DNA from: Octopus vulgaris
Taxonomy: Eukaryota
Direction of reading: 5' to 3'
Assembly (NCBI GenBank): GCA_951406725.2
Contig: OX597815.1
Span: 620,001 to 684,000, forward strand
Length of the DNA stretch: 64,000 bases
Under the pieces are notes generated by a model, which made no database searches, was not told the origin of the DNA, and saw only the letters and a list, made by a program, of their open reading frames with translations. Both the position numbers and the translations under genes were made by a program. Every line of letters begins with the position of its first letter. Within the stretch, counting starts at the first letter, position 1. Below, in pieces: positions 24,278 to 39,880 of this stretch.

Positions 24278-26910
24278 ATGACCATGTCAACACTTCTGCT
24301 TGGAGTTGTTTACCGCCCCACAAATTATCGTCAAGACGCACAGCTTTTTTATATCCTCAGAGCTGCTGCCATGAAAACATCCACTTATGTCTATATTGCG
24401 GGCGACTTCAATTTCCCTGCGATTGACTGGGAGGCCTTCCGTTGGCCGCAAAGTGCAGACGATTTCCTTGAACTGGTGCTGAATTCAAATTGGTCCCAAG
24501 TCGTTACCTCCCCCACAAGGGGTAACAACACTTTGGATCTGCTACTTACCGCTTCTCCTGAAACAATTATTAGTGTCACTACTGAAGAACCTTTAGGTGA
24601 CTCTGATCATTCCATGATCATGGCTGACTTGTCTCTGATTGGTTGTAACAAAAAACACAACCATCTTCAAACTGCCCGCTTTGACTGGAATAAAGCAGAC
24701 TGGAGCTCTTATTGTACTGAGCTGCAACGCCCAAACTGGCTCAAATTTTATGCCTCTGGAGATGTGGACACTGTACCTCAGAACATTCTGAATTCAATAT
24801 GGGCGGCATGTGCAGCATCGGTACCACGCAAGCACAAAAAAACCACCCAATAGTGCAATTTGGGAGACTGGAGCAGTCCGACTTGCCAGGAAAGAACGCC
24901 GTAATGCTGAACAGGAATACAAATTGCACAAATCAGAGAGCAACAGGAAAAAGCGCAATAGGTCAGCCAACCACCTCAAGCAGGTGACAAAAAAGGCAGT
25001 GCTTGAATTCGAACAACGCATTGCAACCAACCCTGACAGCAAAGTGTTCTGGAAGTATGTGCACTCAAAGCAGAGACCTCACTCTCCAGTTGGTCCCCTT
25101 CGCAGTTCCCACACAAGGCAGATTACTGGCAATCCCAAAGAATGTGCAGAAATCATTGCTGGATGCTATACCGGCATCTTTACTGTCGAAGACCAAAATG
25201 TTCCATCTTCATCACCACTGACATCGGACTCTATATCTACTATGCAATTTACACCAGCAATTCTACAACGCCACCTTAAGAATAAACGTAATTATGCCTC
25301 TCCTGGTCTCGATGGTGTTACATACCTACTTCTCAAATGCGGTGGATACTTTCTTCTAAGCCAACTTTCTCTATTCTTCCAATTCTGTCTTGACAATGGT
25401 GTTACCCCAGAGCAGTGGAAAACTGCCAGTGTTATCCCTCTGTTCAAAAAAGGTGACCGCACATCGCCTGTCAACTACCTGTCAACTAGTTAGTCTTACT
25501 AGCTGCATCGCCAAAATGAAGGAATCCTGTATCAGGGAAACCCTCTGGAACTTCTGGAAGTCTCACAGCCTCATCCAGCCGTCACAATTTGGATTTATTC
25601 CTAACTCCAGCTGCTGTTATCAACTCATCGAGTTTCTTGAGGAAATTACTCAAATCACTGATCGTGGATCCTGGGTGGATGTTGTTTACCTGGACTTTGC
25701 TAAGGCTTTTAACTCTGTGCCACACAAAAGACTTATGGTGAAACTCTCTGCAATGGGTGTAAGAGACGATCTCTATAACTGGTTGAAGTCCTTTATTTTC
25801 GGCCGAAAAGAGGTTGTCACAGTTCTAGGACAGCAATCTTCACCCTATGAGATGACATCTGGCGTACAACAGGGATCTGTTCTTGGCCCCCTTTTATTTG
25901 TTGCATATGTTAATGACATAGATGCCAACTTAAAGAATGCCACAGTGCTGAAATATGCAGATGACATCAAGCTGTACCTCGAAATAAAGAGGTCAGATCC
26001 TGTATACTATAGATCTTTATTGCAAGCAAACCTGGACACAATGCAGCAGTGGATCATGGACTGGCAACTCAAGCTGGCTGTGGACAAATGTACCACTATG
26101 CATTTTGGGAGGAGAAACCCAGCGTCTACCTACTCCCTCCACAACACTAATCTCAAAAAGTCTTTGTGTGAACGTGACCTGTGTGTTATTATCGACAGCG
26201 ATTAGCGTTGGACAAAACACATCGCTAAAATTGCCAAGAAGGCTGAGGGTGTCTTGGCATCACTCACCAAGTCCTTTGTGAGTCACTCTCCGGCTATCTG
26301 CGGCTTTATATAGCTATAGTAAGACCTCACCTGGAATTTGCATTACCGGTCTGGAACCCCTATCTTGCCCAGGATATTAATCGTCTGGAAGCCGTTCAGC
26401 GACGTGCAACCAAAAGAATACCCTCCATCAGGCATATGCCATATTCTGAACGCCTTACTTCCCTGGGCATGGACACATTGAAACTCCAACGTCTGGCAGC
26501 TGACTTGGCAGACACCCATAAAATTATCAACCATCTTACAAACAATAACCTCTGAGCACCTTTTCAAACTCCACCCGTCTAACACCCGTGGGCATGTTTA
26601 CAAAGTCAGAAAACAGCACAGCTCCCATGACTTTAGGAAACATTTTTTCACGCTAAGAGTTGCTGAAGCATGCAACAAACTGCCGGCATCAGTTGTTAGT
26701 TGTCGGAGCACTGCATCCTTCAAAACTTCCATGCTTCCTGAGATTCGCCAACACTACACCTGATTTTCTCCCCTCCATACACACGCAAGCATGGATCTGA
26801 CTCATACACTTCACTTCCCAGACATTTGTACATTACTGCATACACTTTATACGCACTTTCTGACAAGTTGTGGCGCACCTGAGCACTGCATACAATAATT
26901 TCATTATTAT
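24278..26910 (+). mobile_element. CR1-like LINE family B, ORF2 (APE and RT), frameshifted
   Basis: GVVYRP, AGDFNFP, PTRGNNTLDL, GDSDH (APE); PGLDG, LFKKGDR, YLDFAKAFNSVPH, GVQQGSVLGPLLF, KYADD (RT); (TTA) tail. Confidence 0.95.
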
Positions 26911-26913
26911 CTA

Positions 26914-27000
<87 letters not shown>

Positions 27001-27159
27001 ACATACATACACACACACCTTATTAGGCTTATTTGGAGAAATTTTGGCATGAAATCCCTGGTTACAAAAGAGGCTTATAGTAGCAGAGTCACTTCTCAGA
27101 GGGGTTCCGGCTTTCTGTGCAGCCCTCCCTCTCATCCCTTCTCTGGTGGTGATATCTGA

Positions 27160-27770
27160 TTCAAAGTGCTTGTATTTGTCCCCAGCATCACTTGATAACT
27201 GGTGTTGGTTTGTTGACATCTTTGTAATTAAGTGATTCAGCAAAAAAGACTAAAAAGACCAAGATAAGTACTAGTCTTAAGAATTAGTCCCGGGGTTGAT
27301 TTGTTTGACTAAAACTGTCGAGCAAGTGCCCCAGCATGGCCACAGTCCAATGACAAAACCAAATAAAAGATAGAAGACAAAGTGTGGTTGTGTGGTTAAG
27401 TTTGTTTCCCAACTGCATAGTTCAGGGTTCAGTCCCACTGTGTGGCACCTTGAGCAAGTGTCTTCTACTATAGCCGTGGGCTGACCAAAGTCTGAGGAGG
27501 GAACTTGGCAGAGAGAAACTGAAAGAAGCCCTAAATTTATTTATGCATGCGTGTCTTTGTGTCTGTGTTTGTCCCCCACCACTGCTTGACAACCGGGGTT
27601 GGTGTGTTTATGTCCCTGTAACTTAGAGGTTCGGCAAAACAAACCAATAGAATAAGTACCAGGCTTTAAAAAAATGAGTCCTGGAGTTGACTCATTCAAT
27701 TAAAATTCTTGAAGGAGGTGCCCCAGTATGGCCACAGTTTAATGAATGAAACAAGTTAAAAGGTGAAAAA
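27160..27770 (+). mobile_element. two diverged SINE family A copies
   Basis: Partial copy 27160-27370 and near-full copy 27380-27770. Confidence 0.7.
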
Positions 27771-27837
27771 CAGGTAATAAATACTCACACACACACATTT
27801 ACATATAAACATGTATACACGTGTTTATGCATACAAT

Positions 27838-27885
<48 letters not shown>

Positions 27886-28084
27886 AACGCCTATGTATGT
27901 TTACGTGTGTGCGTGTGTGTGTGAAATAGCACGTTCGCCAGATTGACAGAGGCAGGTAGGACAGGTAGAGAAATAGAGAGAAAGAGAAAGAGAGGGCGAA
28001 AGGAGAGGGAGGGAGAGAGAGGGGAGAGAGAGAGAGTGGAGAGAGAGAGAGAGAGAGAGAGAGGGGAGAGAGAGAGAGAATTTG

Positions 28085-28286
28085 CATTCGCGTGTGCGAA
28101 GCAATGAACAGGAACTAGCAAGTTTCAAACTGTCACACACACACAGACACACACACACACACAGATACACATAGACACAATCACACACACACACACACAC
28201 ACACACACGCAATCGCAAGGCAGACAATCGACGGATTTATTGTTGTGGAACCGACGAGTCCCGACTTCGTCTGCTGTGAACGAAAG
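28085..28286 (+). promoter_or_regulatory. candidate promoter / non-coding first exon
   Basis: CpG-rich unique sequence after (GA)n, ending in a consensus donor AAG|GTAAGT at 28287. A minus-strand donor GTGAGT lies at 27783-27788. Confidence 0.35.
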
Positions 28287-28339
28287 GTAAGTTGTATCGA
28301 GTTTATCCACTTGTACACTTTAATACTGTCTTACCTATG

Positions 28340-29222
<883 letters not shown>

Positions 29223-29233
29223 GTGTGTGTGTA

Positions 29234-29277
<44 letters not shown>

Positions 29278-29437
29278 CGTGTGCGCGTGTGTGTGCGTTG
29301 TAAGCAAAAATAAAACGAATGGCTATTTTAAGATATCACTACAATAGCTAGATTTATTCCAACAAACCGCGCCACTGAAACGCGAAAAGAGAAACTCTGA
29401 ACGGATAGGTTGGTTTTATTCTTGTTTGTTAAATATT

Positions 29438-29647
29438 GATTTCAATTTTTGGCACAAGGCTGTCTATTTCGAGTGAGTAAGACAATTGTATCGACCCCAG
29501 TATTCAACTGGTACTTATTTAATCGACCCCAAAAGAATGAAAGGCAAAACTGACCTCGGCAGAATTTGAACTCAGAGCGTAAAGACGAACAAAATGTCAC
29601 AAATCATTTTGTCCGACGCACCAACGATTCTAGCAGCTTACCGCCGC
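29438..29647 (-). mobile_element. SINE family B
   Basis: Central domain and B-box on the minus strand. Confidence 0.75.
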
Positions 29648-29932
29648 GTTATTGTTTGCTAAATATCACAGCGCAAAAATTGTGACAATAATTCCTTTGA
29701 TACAACAGACACGGATTTGTAGAATCCTGCGACACCACTGAACAACTGCTTAACTCTGTTAATCACACTTTTGCTAATTTAACCAGTTGAATTACTCGGA
29801 TTTCATTTTTTCTCTCTCTTTTTGGCAGAAAGTAATCTGTCTAAACAAAAATAAGCGCACGGGCTTATAAGTTATAAGTCAATTTACCAAGATTCACTCA
29901 CGCGCACTCACACACGCGCGCACTCACACACA

Positions 29933-30015
<83 letters not shown>

Positions 30016-30119
30016 GTTGTCCATAAGTCAGAGATAAAAATCACACTCTAAAAAGAAATTGAGCGGTTATACTTGATATTATCGAAAAGTATATTCTTGG
30101 TTATGACATCAATTTGTAC

Positions 30120-32510
30120 AACATCTTCCCAGTTCGGCCAGGCCCTTCTTGACGTTGCTGAAGATTGTTTTCTATCGCAACATGTTGAATATCCGACAAG
30201 GCATCGGTCTGGGCAGCAGCCCTCTATGCTAGATCTGGTATTCTCCCGCTATCCAAGATCAGTGTCAGACGTATCTGTGTGCGCCCCTCTTGCCAAGAGT
30301 GATCATGCGGTCCTGAAGTTCGTCATGCACACAACTTTTTCTGCGCCCACGACTACTTCGCTGCCACGTAGAGTCTTCTCTGCAATTAATCTTGAAATTC
30401 TAACCGAGGCTTCCGCGCTTCTGGACTGGCGATCCCTGATGACGTTGTCCTCAGTTGACGAACTATGGTCATCCCTCAAAGCATATGTAATCTGTTTGAC
30501 TGACCAGGCAGTTCCCGTTGGGCTTCCCAAGAGGAAGAAACACAAGCCCTGGGTGACGAAGAGGGTTAAACGAGAACGTCGACTCAGAGATATTGCTTGG
30601 GCTGAATTCAAAAATCTGGATTCGACTGCAGCTTTTGAGGTGTACAAAACACAACGAGACCGAGCCGTGAAAATCGAAAAGAAAGAACGCTTCAGTTATG
30701 AATACAAAATCGCGGCAAATGCCAGTAGCAATCCAAAAACCTTCTTTGCCCATGTCCAGCGGAATTCCCGCTTGAACAACCAGATTGCAACGTTGGTAGA
30801 CTCAACAGGCGTATCGATTGAGGACCCTTATCAACAGAGTCAATTATTTGCCGAGGCTTTTTCAACTATTTTCAAACAAGATGATGGTCGTGAACCCCCT
30901 CCATTTGATAGATCGGTACCTCCAATGCTTCGACTGGTCATCACGCGGGACGAAGTCAAACGTGTTATTCAAGGCCTCGATGTCAACAAGGGTCACGGCC
31001 CTGACGGCATACACCCACGGGTTATCAAAGCGTTGGCTCCGGTCATCTGCGAGCCCTTAACGCGACTATTCAATATGTCATTGGCGACGGGTGTTATACC
31101 TGCAGACTGGAGAACAGCGATAATCTGCCCAATTTTCAAGAAAGGGAGCCGCGAAGACACGCTTAACTACCGACCGGTTTCCCTTACATCAATAATCAGC
31201 AAGATATTCGAAACCATCCTTAAGAAAAGTATGATGCTCCACCTCCTAAACACAGCCTCTATCTCTGATTCCCAACACGGCTTCGTGCCGAAGAGATCAT
31301 GCTTGACCAACTTACTAGTAATGGAAGAATTGGTGACGCGCATCCTCGATGATAGTGATGCTGTTGACATCGTTTTACTGGACTTTGCCAAAGCTTTTGA
31401 CTCGGTAAACCACCGCCTATTACTTGTCAAGCTTCAGGCATATAGTTTCCATCCGGATATTATACGATGGGTTGGTGCCTTCCTCTCAGATCGCTCCTTC
31501 CAAGTCCAAGTTAATGGTTCGCGGTCCGATGTCTCCAGTGCGAGCAGTGGCGTGCCTCAAGGTTCAGTGCTTGGGCCCTTGTTGTTCTTAGTCTTCATAA
31601 ATGACTTGCCCGACGACCTCACGCAACACACCCTTCTATTTGCCGACGATATCAAACTGGTCGCTCCTCGCGGTAATATAGAGGATCTTCGTCGATGCCT
31701 CCACCAAATTTGGAAGTGGTCTAACGATTGGGACCTGTGTCTGAACGTGTCAAAGTGCTGTCGGCTCTACTCCTGCAACTCAACTTGATTTCGAGCCGGG
31801 TCGTCTGCTGCTGGAGAGGACCGATCAGGTAAAGGACCTGGGTATCTTGCTGGATTCCTCCTTTTCGCCTTCGGCCCAGTGCGTCCATGCTGCCAACAAA
31901 GCACGCGGAATTCTGTTCTTGATTCGACGGTCATTCGGAATGCTCACAGCAGCCATATTCCTACCACTCTATGTCACGCTGGTGAGACCCATATTGGAGT
32001 ATGGGATTCAAGCCTCTTCTCCTTATCTCCTCAAAGACATACAGCATCTCGAAAGAGTCCAGAAGCTGGCTACCCGCATGGTTCATGGTCTCAAAAATTT
32101 GTCCTACGAAGAAAGGCTGAGGACGCTCGATCTTTATTCTCTTGAAAAACGCCGCCGCCGTAGTGATCTCATTCTCGCCCACAACATCATAAGCGGAAAG
32201 TGTAACCTCTCGAAAGAGCTGTTCTTCACTCCTGCTCCAGAGCGTCGGCTGCGGGGTCATTCCGAAAAGCTCTACCTGCGACGATTTCATCTCAATCGAA
32301 GGAGAGGAGCTTTCTCCGTCCGAGTTGCGGATCCGTGGAACAAGCTGCCAGACGAGATGGTAAAGATGCCGACGACCGCTTTGTTCAAAGCCTCCTGGAC
32401 CTCAAGTGGCCTGAACTCTTTACATGAACACCACCCTGTACTTAACTCCATGTCCCCCTACATGGCCTTGCTATTTGCTTTTGAGCCAAATTAACTAACT
32501 AACTAACTAA
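30120..32510 (+). mobile_element. CR1-like LINE family D, 5'-truncated ORF2 with an almost intact RT
   Basis: ORFs 30073-31788 and 31847-32494: KSDH, GPDGIHPR, NYRPVSLTS, LDFAKAFDSVNH, SGVPQGSVLGPLLF, LFADD, RLRGH, WNKLP; (AACT)n tail. Confidence 0.95.
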
Positions 32511-32514
32511 CATA

Positions 32515-33020
32515 TAACTGGTCAGAATAACACCGACGGTTTCATACAGACTATTTCACTTGAAGATATTCACAACTCTTCAGACATCCTGACTGGAAGC
32601 ACGTAGCCTCTTTTTCGCTGCCCAGATCCACTCGGTGGAGATAAAATCTGGAATGAAAAAGGTAATGAAAAGTTATAACATTTTCCGAGGTGAAAAGAAG
32701 CGTTTCCAACCTCTTACTCGAAAAGGAAGGCACGCATGTTGTCAAAACGAATTTTTTATCATAAGGGCAGCGACCAAATATCTCACTTTTCGAGTTCGGG
32801 AAGGCAGTTGAATCGTGTGGAATTTTTAGAACTATTCCCTTCATGATTAAGCGAAATTTACATTGCTTACCTACATTCACATATACCCCAGGTTGTTCCA
32901 GCAGTTTCCAGTAGATCTTGTATGGCATTCCTTCCTCTTAATCGCCATATAGAGTTGGCTAATGTTGTAACATTGCACCTCTTTTGATTTCTAAAAGTGG
33001 AACTGTGATTATTTAGCCTA
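32515..33020 (-). mobile_element. Penelope-like element remnant (GIY-YIG C-terminus and 3' UTR)
   Basis: RLNNHSSTFR...TTLANSIWRL...PYKIYWKLL...GKQCKF...PNSKSEIFGRCPYDKKFVL parallels the 7940-8269 protein. Confidence 0.7.
32521..32593 (-). ncRNA. decayed hammerhead ribozyme in the PLE 3' UTR
   Basis: GTCAGGATG-T CTGAAGA ... GAA ACCGTCGGT G T-TATTCTGAC. 9-bp stem I and intact core, but position 17 is G and stem II is eroded. Confidence 0.55.
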
Positions 33021-33484
33021 GTGTTAAAGGAACCCTCTGTTGTGTGTGTCTCTTGTTGTTGCCGTTGTAGGACAACACCTCTGCTTGCTAGACTGCGGCC
33101 TCAGCGTTGCTTCGACCGTTCGTTCACTGTCCACTCCCTGCTAACTCTACACGTACATCCCGCCTCTGCGCGGGGCATTAGGGCGTTCACTAACATTTTC
33201 TTTGACACTCGGCGCACAACTGAACAAGGCCCTAAACCGAACAACTGAGCCTCATCAAAGTAGATTAATCCCATATTCTTTTATGGAAGGGTTTGGCGGA
33301 TTTTGTAACTGTAATCCTAGAGATAGATCCAGTTCTGTTGCTTGGAATGGTTCTTGAGAAGACAGAGAAGCATTCACAGTTTTGCTATTATGTCACTTGA
33401 TAAACGAAGAATATAATCACTGTTAGATGGGAGATTACTGGAGTTTCATTTTATATCTCTTAAATCACTCCACTGTAAACCACA

Positions 33485-33626
<142 letters not shown>

Positions 33627-34264
33627 TGTTAATTTGATCTCTGCTCAGTTTTTCATCTCAGATATTTGTTGTCTTTGAAACTCAGATTCTTTTCTTTCTG
33701 TTTTTTGTTGTTTTTTTTTTTACTTTTGTCAATGACAACTTCGTTCAATTAAATGTTTGGTTTTTACTTTCAAAACATCAACTCTATTTCGCGTTTATTT
33801 CTATCTGATCGACGAGGATTGAGCTTTTGGCGGAGGAGAATAATAATCGACGGAGTTATTGCACATAATAAAAATAGAATTTCTGTGAGATTTTGGTGCA
33901 GTTGCCGAGTGTTATCCAATAGATCGGAAAAGGCAACTTGGAAGGCCTCCATGACAATCGGAAAACGATTTAGTTAAGCAATTTCGGTCAAAATGGAAAG
34001 GAATGGTGCAATCAAGACAGAATTGGAAGTGCATTGTAACCAGCGATGTATAACAGCATCTGGTGGTCTGGTCGATATACATTCCATTACTGACAGCAAA
34101 TATCAAATAATGGTGACCACAGATCTCGATGTCAAGTTGCTTTTTATTTCTGTCATTTGTTTCCCTCCTGCAACGAGGTCGGACATAACCTCGTTTGTCT
34201 TGATTTTCTCTCATTCGGATGGATTTCCTCAAACGGTCAATCAAATATCCTACAATTTTAGGTG

Positions 34265-34470
34265 TCGAATTTTAGCACAAGGCCAGCAGTTTCGAGGTAG
34301 GGTGAAGATCGATTACATCGACACCAATGCTCAGCTGGTACTTAATTTACCGACCCCGAAAGGATGAAAGGCAAAGTCGATCTCGGTGGTATTTGAAATC
34401 GAGACGCAAAGACGGACGAAATGCTGCCAAGCATTTTGCTCCGCTTGTTAATGATTCTGCCATTTTACCG
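34265..34470 (-). mobile_element. SINE family B
   Basis: Central domain match. Confidence 0.75.
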
Positions 34471-35242
34471 CATCAAATATCTTACATATTACGACCAATA
34501 TTGATCTATATTGAGGTATATCGATCTATTAAATACAGAAAATCCCGATCACCATATTTATTTTGCATCTGCCAATTCTTTGCTTTCTGTGGCTTTAACT
34601 CGAACCGTTTTAGAAAATATTTTCATCGATCCTAAGATAATTTTAGCTTCCACCAATAGAAAAGTTATTAATGGCCGGGCATTCCCAATCGATTAATTGA
34701 TTTTTATGTAATCAGCAGAGACAAAACCAAAGAGTAACATTGACTGTGTCGGTTGTTAAGGAGCTACAAGTTAATTCACCGGATTTTCCCGAACAGAAAT
34801 AGAAATGGTGATTTGAATAACAAAATAAGACGAAGGGTGACTATTTTATCTTGAGTCAGGCATTAATAAGATTTGTAGCCATGTTTGAAGCGGTGGAGTG
34901 GTTGAGGGGTCAGTGGGGGAGAGTGGTGGGGAGAGTGGTCAGTGGGGGAGAGTGGTGAGGAGAGTGGTCAGTGGGGGCTGACCGTAAGCAAAAAGTTTTG
35001 ATGAGCACGAAATTCTCGGACCTCGAGTCACTTATATAGCTTTACAGATGTGTGTGTGTGGTGGGGGTCGGGGCGTGTACAGCCATTCCTGTGTAATAGA
35101 CAGAAGAGTTGTTTCTGAAAATGTTTCTGTGAAGTGGAACCTTCTCACGTAAAGCTATTTTCATTTGTGTTTCATGTTACGGAATTGCACATTACGACAA
35201 TAATTTCAAAAATGCAATGTTTAGGTGAGCTATGCTCATCTT

Positions 35243-36131
<889 letters not shown>

Positions 36132-36229
36132 ATATAATAAATGGGAGAGAGGAATTTCATCCGTGTCTACGCTGCACCCTATATAATATTTGCAATCATG
36201 AAATTGTCATCACAACATCTTGATGTTAC

Positions 36230-37610
36230 ATGGTGTGCTGGTATCTTGAAGATGCTTGTTGGAGGTGGGGGGCTCCCGACAAGGTCCTTGCAACTGCAAG
36301 GATGATGATCGAGGAACTTGGTCGTAGGGGCCTTAGCGTTAACAGTTCCAAAACGCGAGCTCTGGCTTCTCGACCATCCAACTTCACATGAGCAGACTGT
36401 TAACCTGTTTACAGACTCCTTCCTCTCTGTCGAGGTCCCTCCATCAACGTGGTGCTCTCTTGGAGCCTTAATTACTAACCGAGCTTTCGAGTCCATCTTT
36501 CGATCCAAAATCACTAACTTTGAACAGGTTTTTAAAAAATCCTGAGGTAATCGAGTCCTACCAAGGTTTTTTGATACTTAAGAATTACTTGTCGATTTCT
36601 AAGTTTTTGTATTTTCTCAGAGTTAGTCTCTCCTATAGATTCCCGTCATCTCTCCAATGCTTTGACGACCTAATCGTCAGGAAACTCGAATACTTGGTCA
36701 ATATCAGACTCTCCTTAGTGTCTTGCGATTAGTATGGTTTGGAGGTCTTTTTTCTTTCCTCCGCCCACGCTTGCTCCCCTTTAGTAGGCAACATCTCGTT
36801 TCCAACATGGTCTAGTTCCAATAGGGAAATGGATGAAGCTCTGTTACAGTGGAGAGAGCTGGGTTCGTTAGTTCCTGTTACAGTTGAGGATGAGACAATC
36901 TGCACTCAGGGGCCACTTTCAACTCCCTCCTTGATCAGGCGTCGCCTACTTTCTGCTCGTGCAAAATTCTCGGGGGATTGGATTGATGCCCTGTCTGGGG
37001 CCAATATTGGAAGTCTACTCAGTCTTGATGATTTCTGCATCTCCATCGCACTCGGAGTGGGAGCTGACGTCTGTAGGTGACTGAGTTGTCGCTGTGGTAG
37101 GCCCCTCAATCTCACAGGTTTGCCTCGCCGTCGAAATACTGGTCATTTCGCTCGTCATACCGAGCTAAACTTACTAAGCGGGTCCCGGATCGGATTAATA
37201 TCCCCTCAGATCTAGAGCCGGCGGGATTATTCTGAAGTGATTGGAAGAGAGCAGATGGTTTTAGCCTCTGTCCCTGGGCAAGAGGTAGGTGCTTCATCAC
37301 GAACGCCACTGATTGAGACTCTTTTGCTCCCTCCCACATTCTGGAGGCTGTGGTAAATGGGAAGGTCACTGCTTCCGTAACCGAACGGGACAGAACCCTA
37401 AAGCATCGGGACCTGGCAGTGAACCGTCTCTTCCAGCCTGTGACGTTTGAGACGTTTGGAGAGACTAGGTTACTAATCGCGAAATTCTTGTCATCGTTGG
37501 CAGCTTGCTTCACCGAGGTGAAGAATGCTTAGCTGTTCCAACGCCTTAGCCTCGCCATCGCCCGTAGTAATATTGCAATCGTGCTGCCTGGCTACAGTAG
37601 GTTCCGTTGA
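36230..37610 (+). mobile_element. CRE-clade non-LTR retrotransposon relic (RT end, zinc knuckle, RLE)
   Basis: SGDWIDAL...L..DDFCISIAL..G, CRCG, ARHTELN, LEPAGL..SDWKRADG...PWARG, FQPVTFETFG and FQRLSLAIARSN. Confidence 0.8.
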
Positions 37611-38403
37611 ACCTTATGCTTTGCGACCACACTTGGTGCTGCATTGATATATTTTTCTTTCTTTTGTTTCTCCTTTTTCTCCCCTTTGTCTTTCTTTCGT
37701 AAAATGTATTCCTATTCATATTTTGAATAAAAACTGGAGTCGAAAAAAGGTTTGATTATGTTATCCTGAATACAGTTTGAGAGCCTTGACGCTTGTAGTT
37801 TCTTTTTAGAAAGTCAAAAGTTATGGCCGCCCGTCATAGAGTGGCCGTTCGTTTCGCCTTCAGCCATTTGAGTTTGACGAGTCCCCCGTACCGTTAAGCA
37901 CTTTATTGGTGCAAAACCAATGGTCACTCTATACCTTGCCATAACTTTTAACTTCCTGAAATGTGTGTGTGTGTGTGTACATACATACATGTACGTATTT
38001 ATGCATCTCTCTCTCCTTCTCTTCCTTCCCCTTCTCTCTCTCTCAACGTAAGCCTGACTCTCTTCTCTTTTATCTCTTTTCTTCTCTTCCATCTCTGCCT
38101 ATTTTCTCCCGGACATTCCTCGAGTATCTAACGTAGGGCTATATCCAAAACATTTACTCTCTAACTTCTAGTGTTTCTTTGGGCATCACCCCGCCCCCAT
38201 AATATTAATTGTGAATGTTCTTTGAATTTTCTTTTTCATTTCTTTTCTTTTGTCATTTGCTTTTGTTTTACATGTATTTCATTCGCAAGATCCGGGTGTT
38301 TTCCTAAACTTAAACAGTGAGATATTTCGTTGCTGCCCCCATGAACAGAAATTCGTTTTGACAACGTGGTCATCTTCATTTTCGAACAAGTAAACGACAG
38401 ATG

Positions 38404-38529
<126 letters not shown>

Positions 38530-38599
38530 TCTTACCAGTGTCGAAGTTCCAATAAAAATGGTGAAGGATTCCACTCTTCAGACGCCATCACTGTTTCTA

Positions 38600-38978
38600 A
38601 CAAAGACAAGATCTGAAATTTGGGTGAGATTGGGTTGGTGCCATTGACCCTAGTTGTTAACTGGTACTTTATTTTCTAAACCCCTGAGGCATGAAAGGCG
38701 AAGTTGACTTCGACGGGTTTTGAACTCAGAATATTAAGAGCCGGAACAAATAGCGCAAGCCATTTAGTTCGACGCTCCACCAATAACGTAATAATAGTTT
38801 CCAATTTTGGTACAAGGTCAGCAATTTCGGGGGGAGGGATGAGTCAGTGACATCGACCCCAGTACATGACTGGTACTAATTCTATAGACTCTGAAAGGAT
38901 GAAAAATCAAGTCGACCTCAGCGGCATTTGAATTCAGAACATAAAGGCTTGCTAATCATCCTGTCAGCTCGCTGCCTT
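38600..38978 (-). mobile_element. two diverged SINE family B copies
   Basis: Central domain at about 38660-38730 and 38870-38940. Confidence 0.7.
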
Positions 38979-39690
38979 CGCCAATAATTATGTAATTAAT
39001 GACAAATCTAATTATCATTATTTGTCCTTGATTGCAATTATGAAACTTTAAATGCTTAATATCATTCGTGTTATTGAATTTTTTTGTTTTATTTTTCTTT
39101 CTAGGATAAAATGGTGATTAAGTTAATTTCATGAGAGACAACCAAAATTTGTGGAATTATAAAGAATAACTGACAAAGACTGTAAACAATGACGTATTAT
39201 GGTAAAGCCAAGAAACATCGAGTGGAACAAAGATTCTGAGACAATTCTTTGCGGTGATGTGGGTGGGGAGGATCGCTTCAATTCTGAAGAATTTATTTTC
39301 AAATCGACGAAGAACATAAGGAATAACGGATAACAAGGGACAAGTAGAATCACGGGAATCGAAAGCGAAGTCAACAGTAGCAGAATATATTGCAGGGAAT
39401 AAACAGGCATCGATTAGAATTGAATAAAAGGATAAGAAGCAAATGTAAAGGAAGTTGAAGGTTAATTATTAGAAGACATTAAAGACAGATGAAAAAGATT
39501 AGCAGAAAATAGGACACACACCTTACATACATATACGTATATGTATATATATATATATCATGTATTATATATATATATGAATATATAAGAATAAAAGAAA
39601 ATCATAGAAGGATCTTGAGAGAGAGAGAGAGGGCTCAAAACATCTACATTTTAACTGAACTATCCTGAAAACATGTAATAGTAAAATATT

Positions 39691-39731
39691 GGTCATAGAA
39701 CGGTCATAGAACGGTCATAGAACGGTCATAC
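39691..39731. repeat. 11-bp tandem repeat, about 4 copies (GGTCATAGAAC)
   Basis: Directly visible. Confidence 0.9.
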
Positions 39732-39880
39732 AATAATTATTTTTGACAAAGACAATCGTTGTATATCAATTAAAATTAATCATGTCCTCTTTAGAAACTG
39801 CACCTTCCAATAATACGAAGCAAGTAAGTAACATTTTAATTAATTAACAATTTAATGAATGATTTAATTATATAAATTTA

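Noticed and set aside
33066-33244. Possible solo LTR (TGT...ACA)
   Set aside because: No target-site duplication and no second copy.
33760-34240. Possible tyrosine-recombinase (Crypton-like) remnant on the minus strand
   Set aside because: Only vague resemblance; no catalytic motif could be identified.
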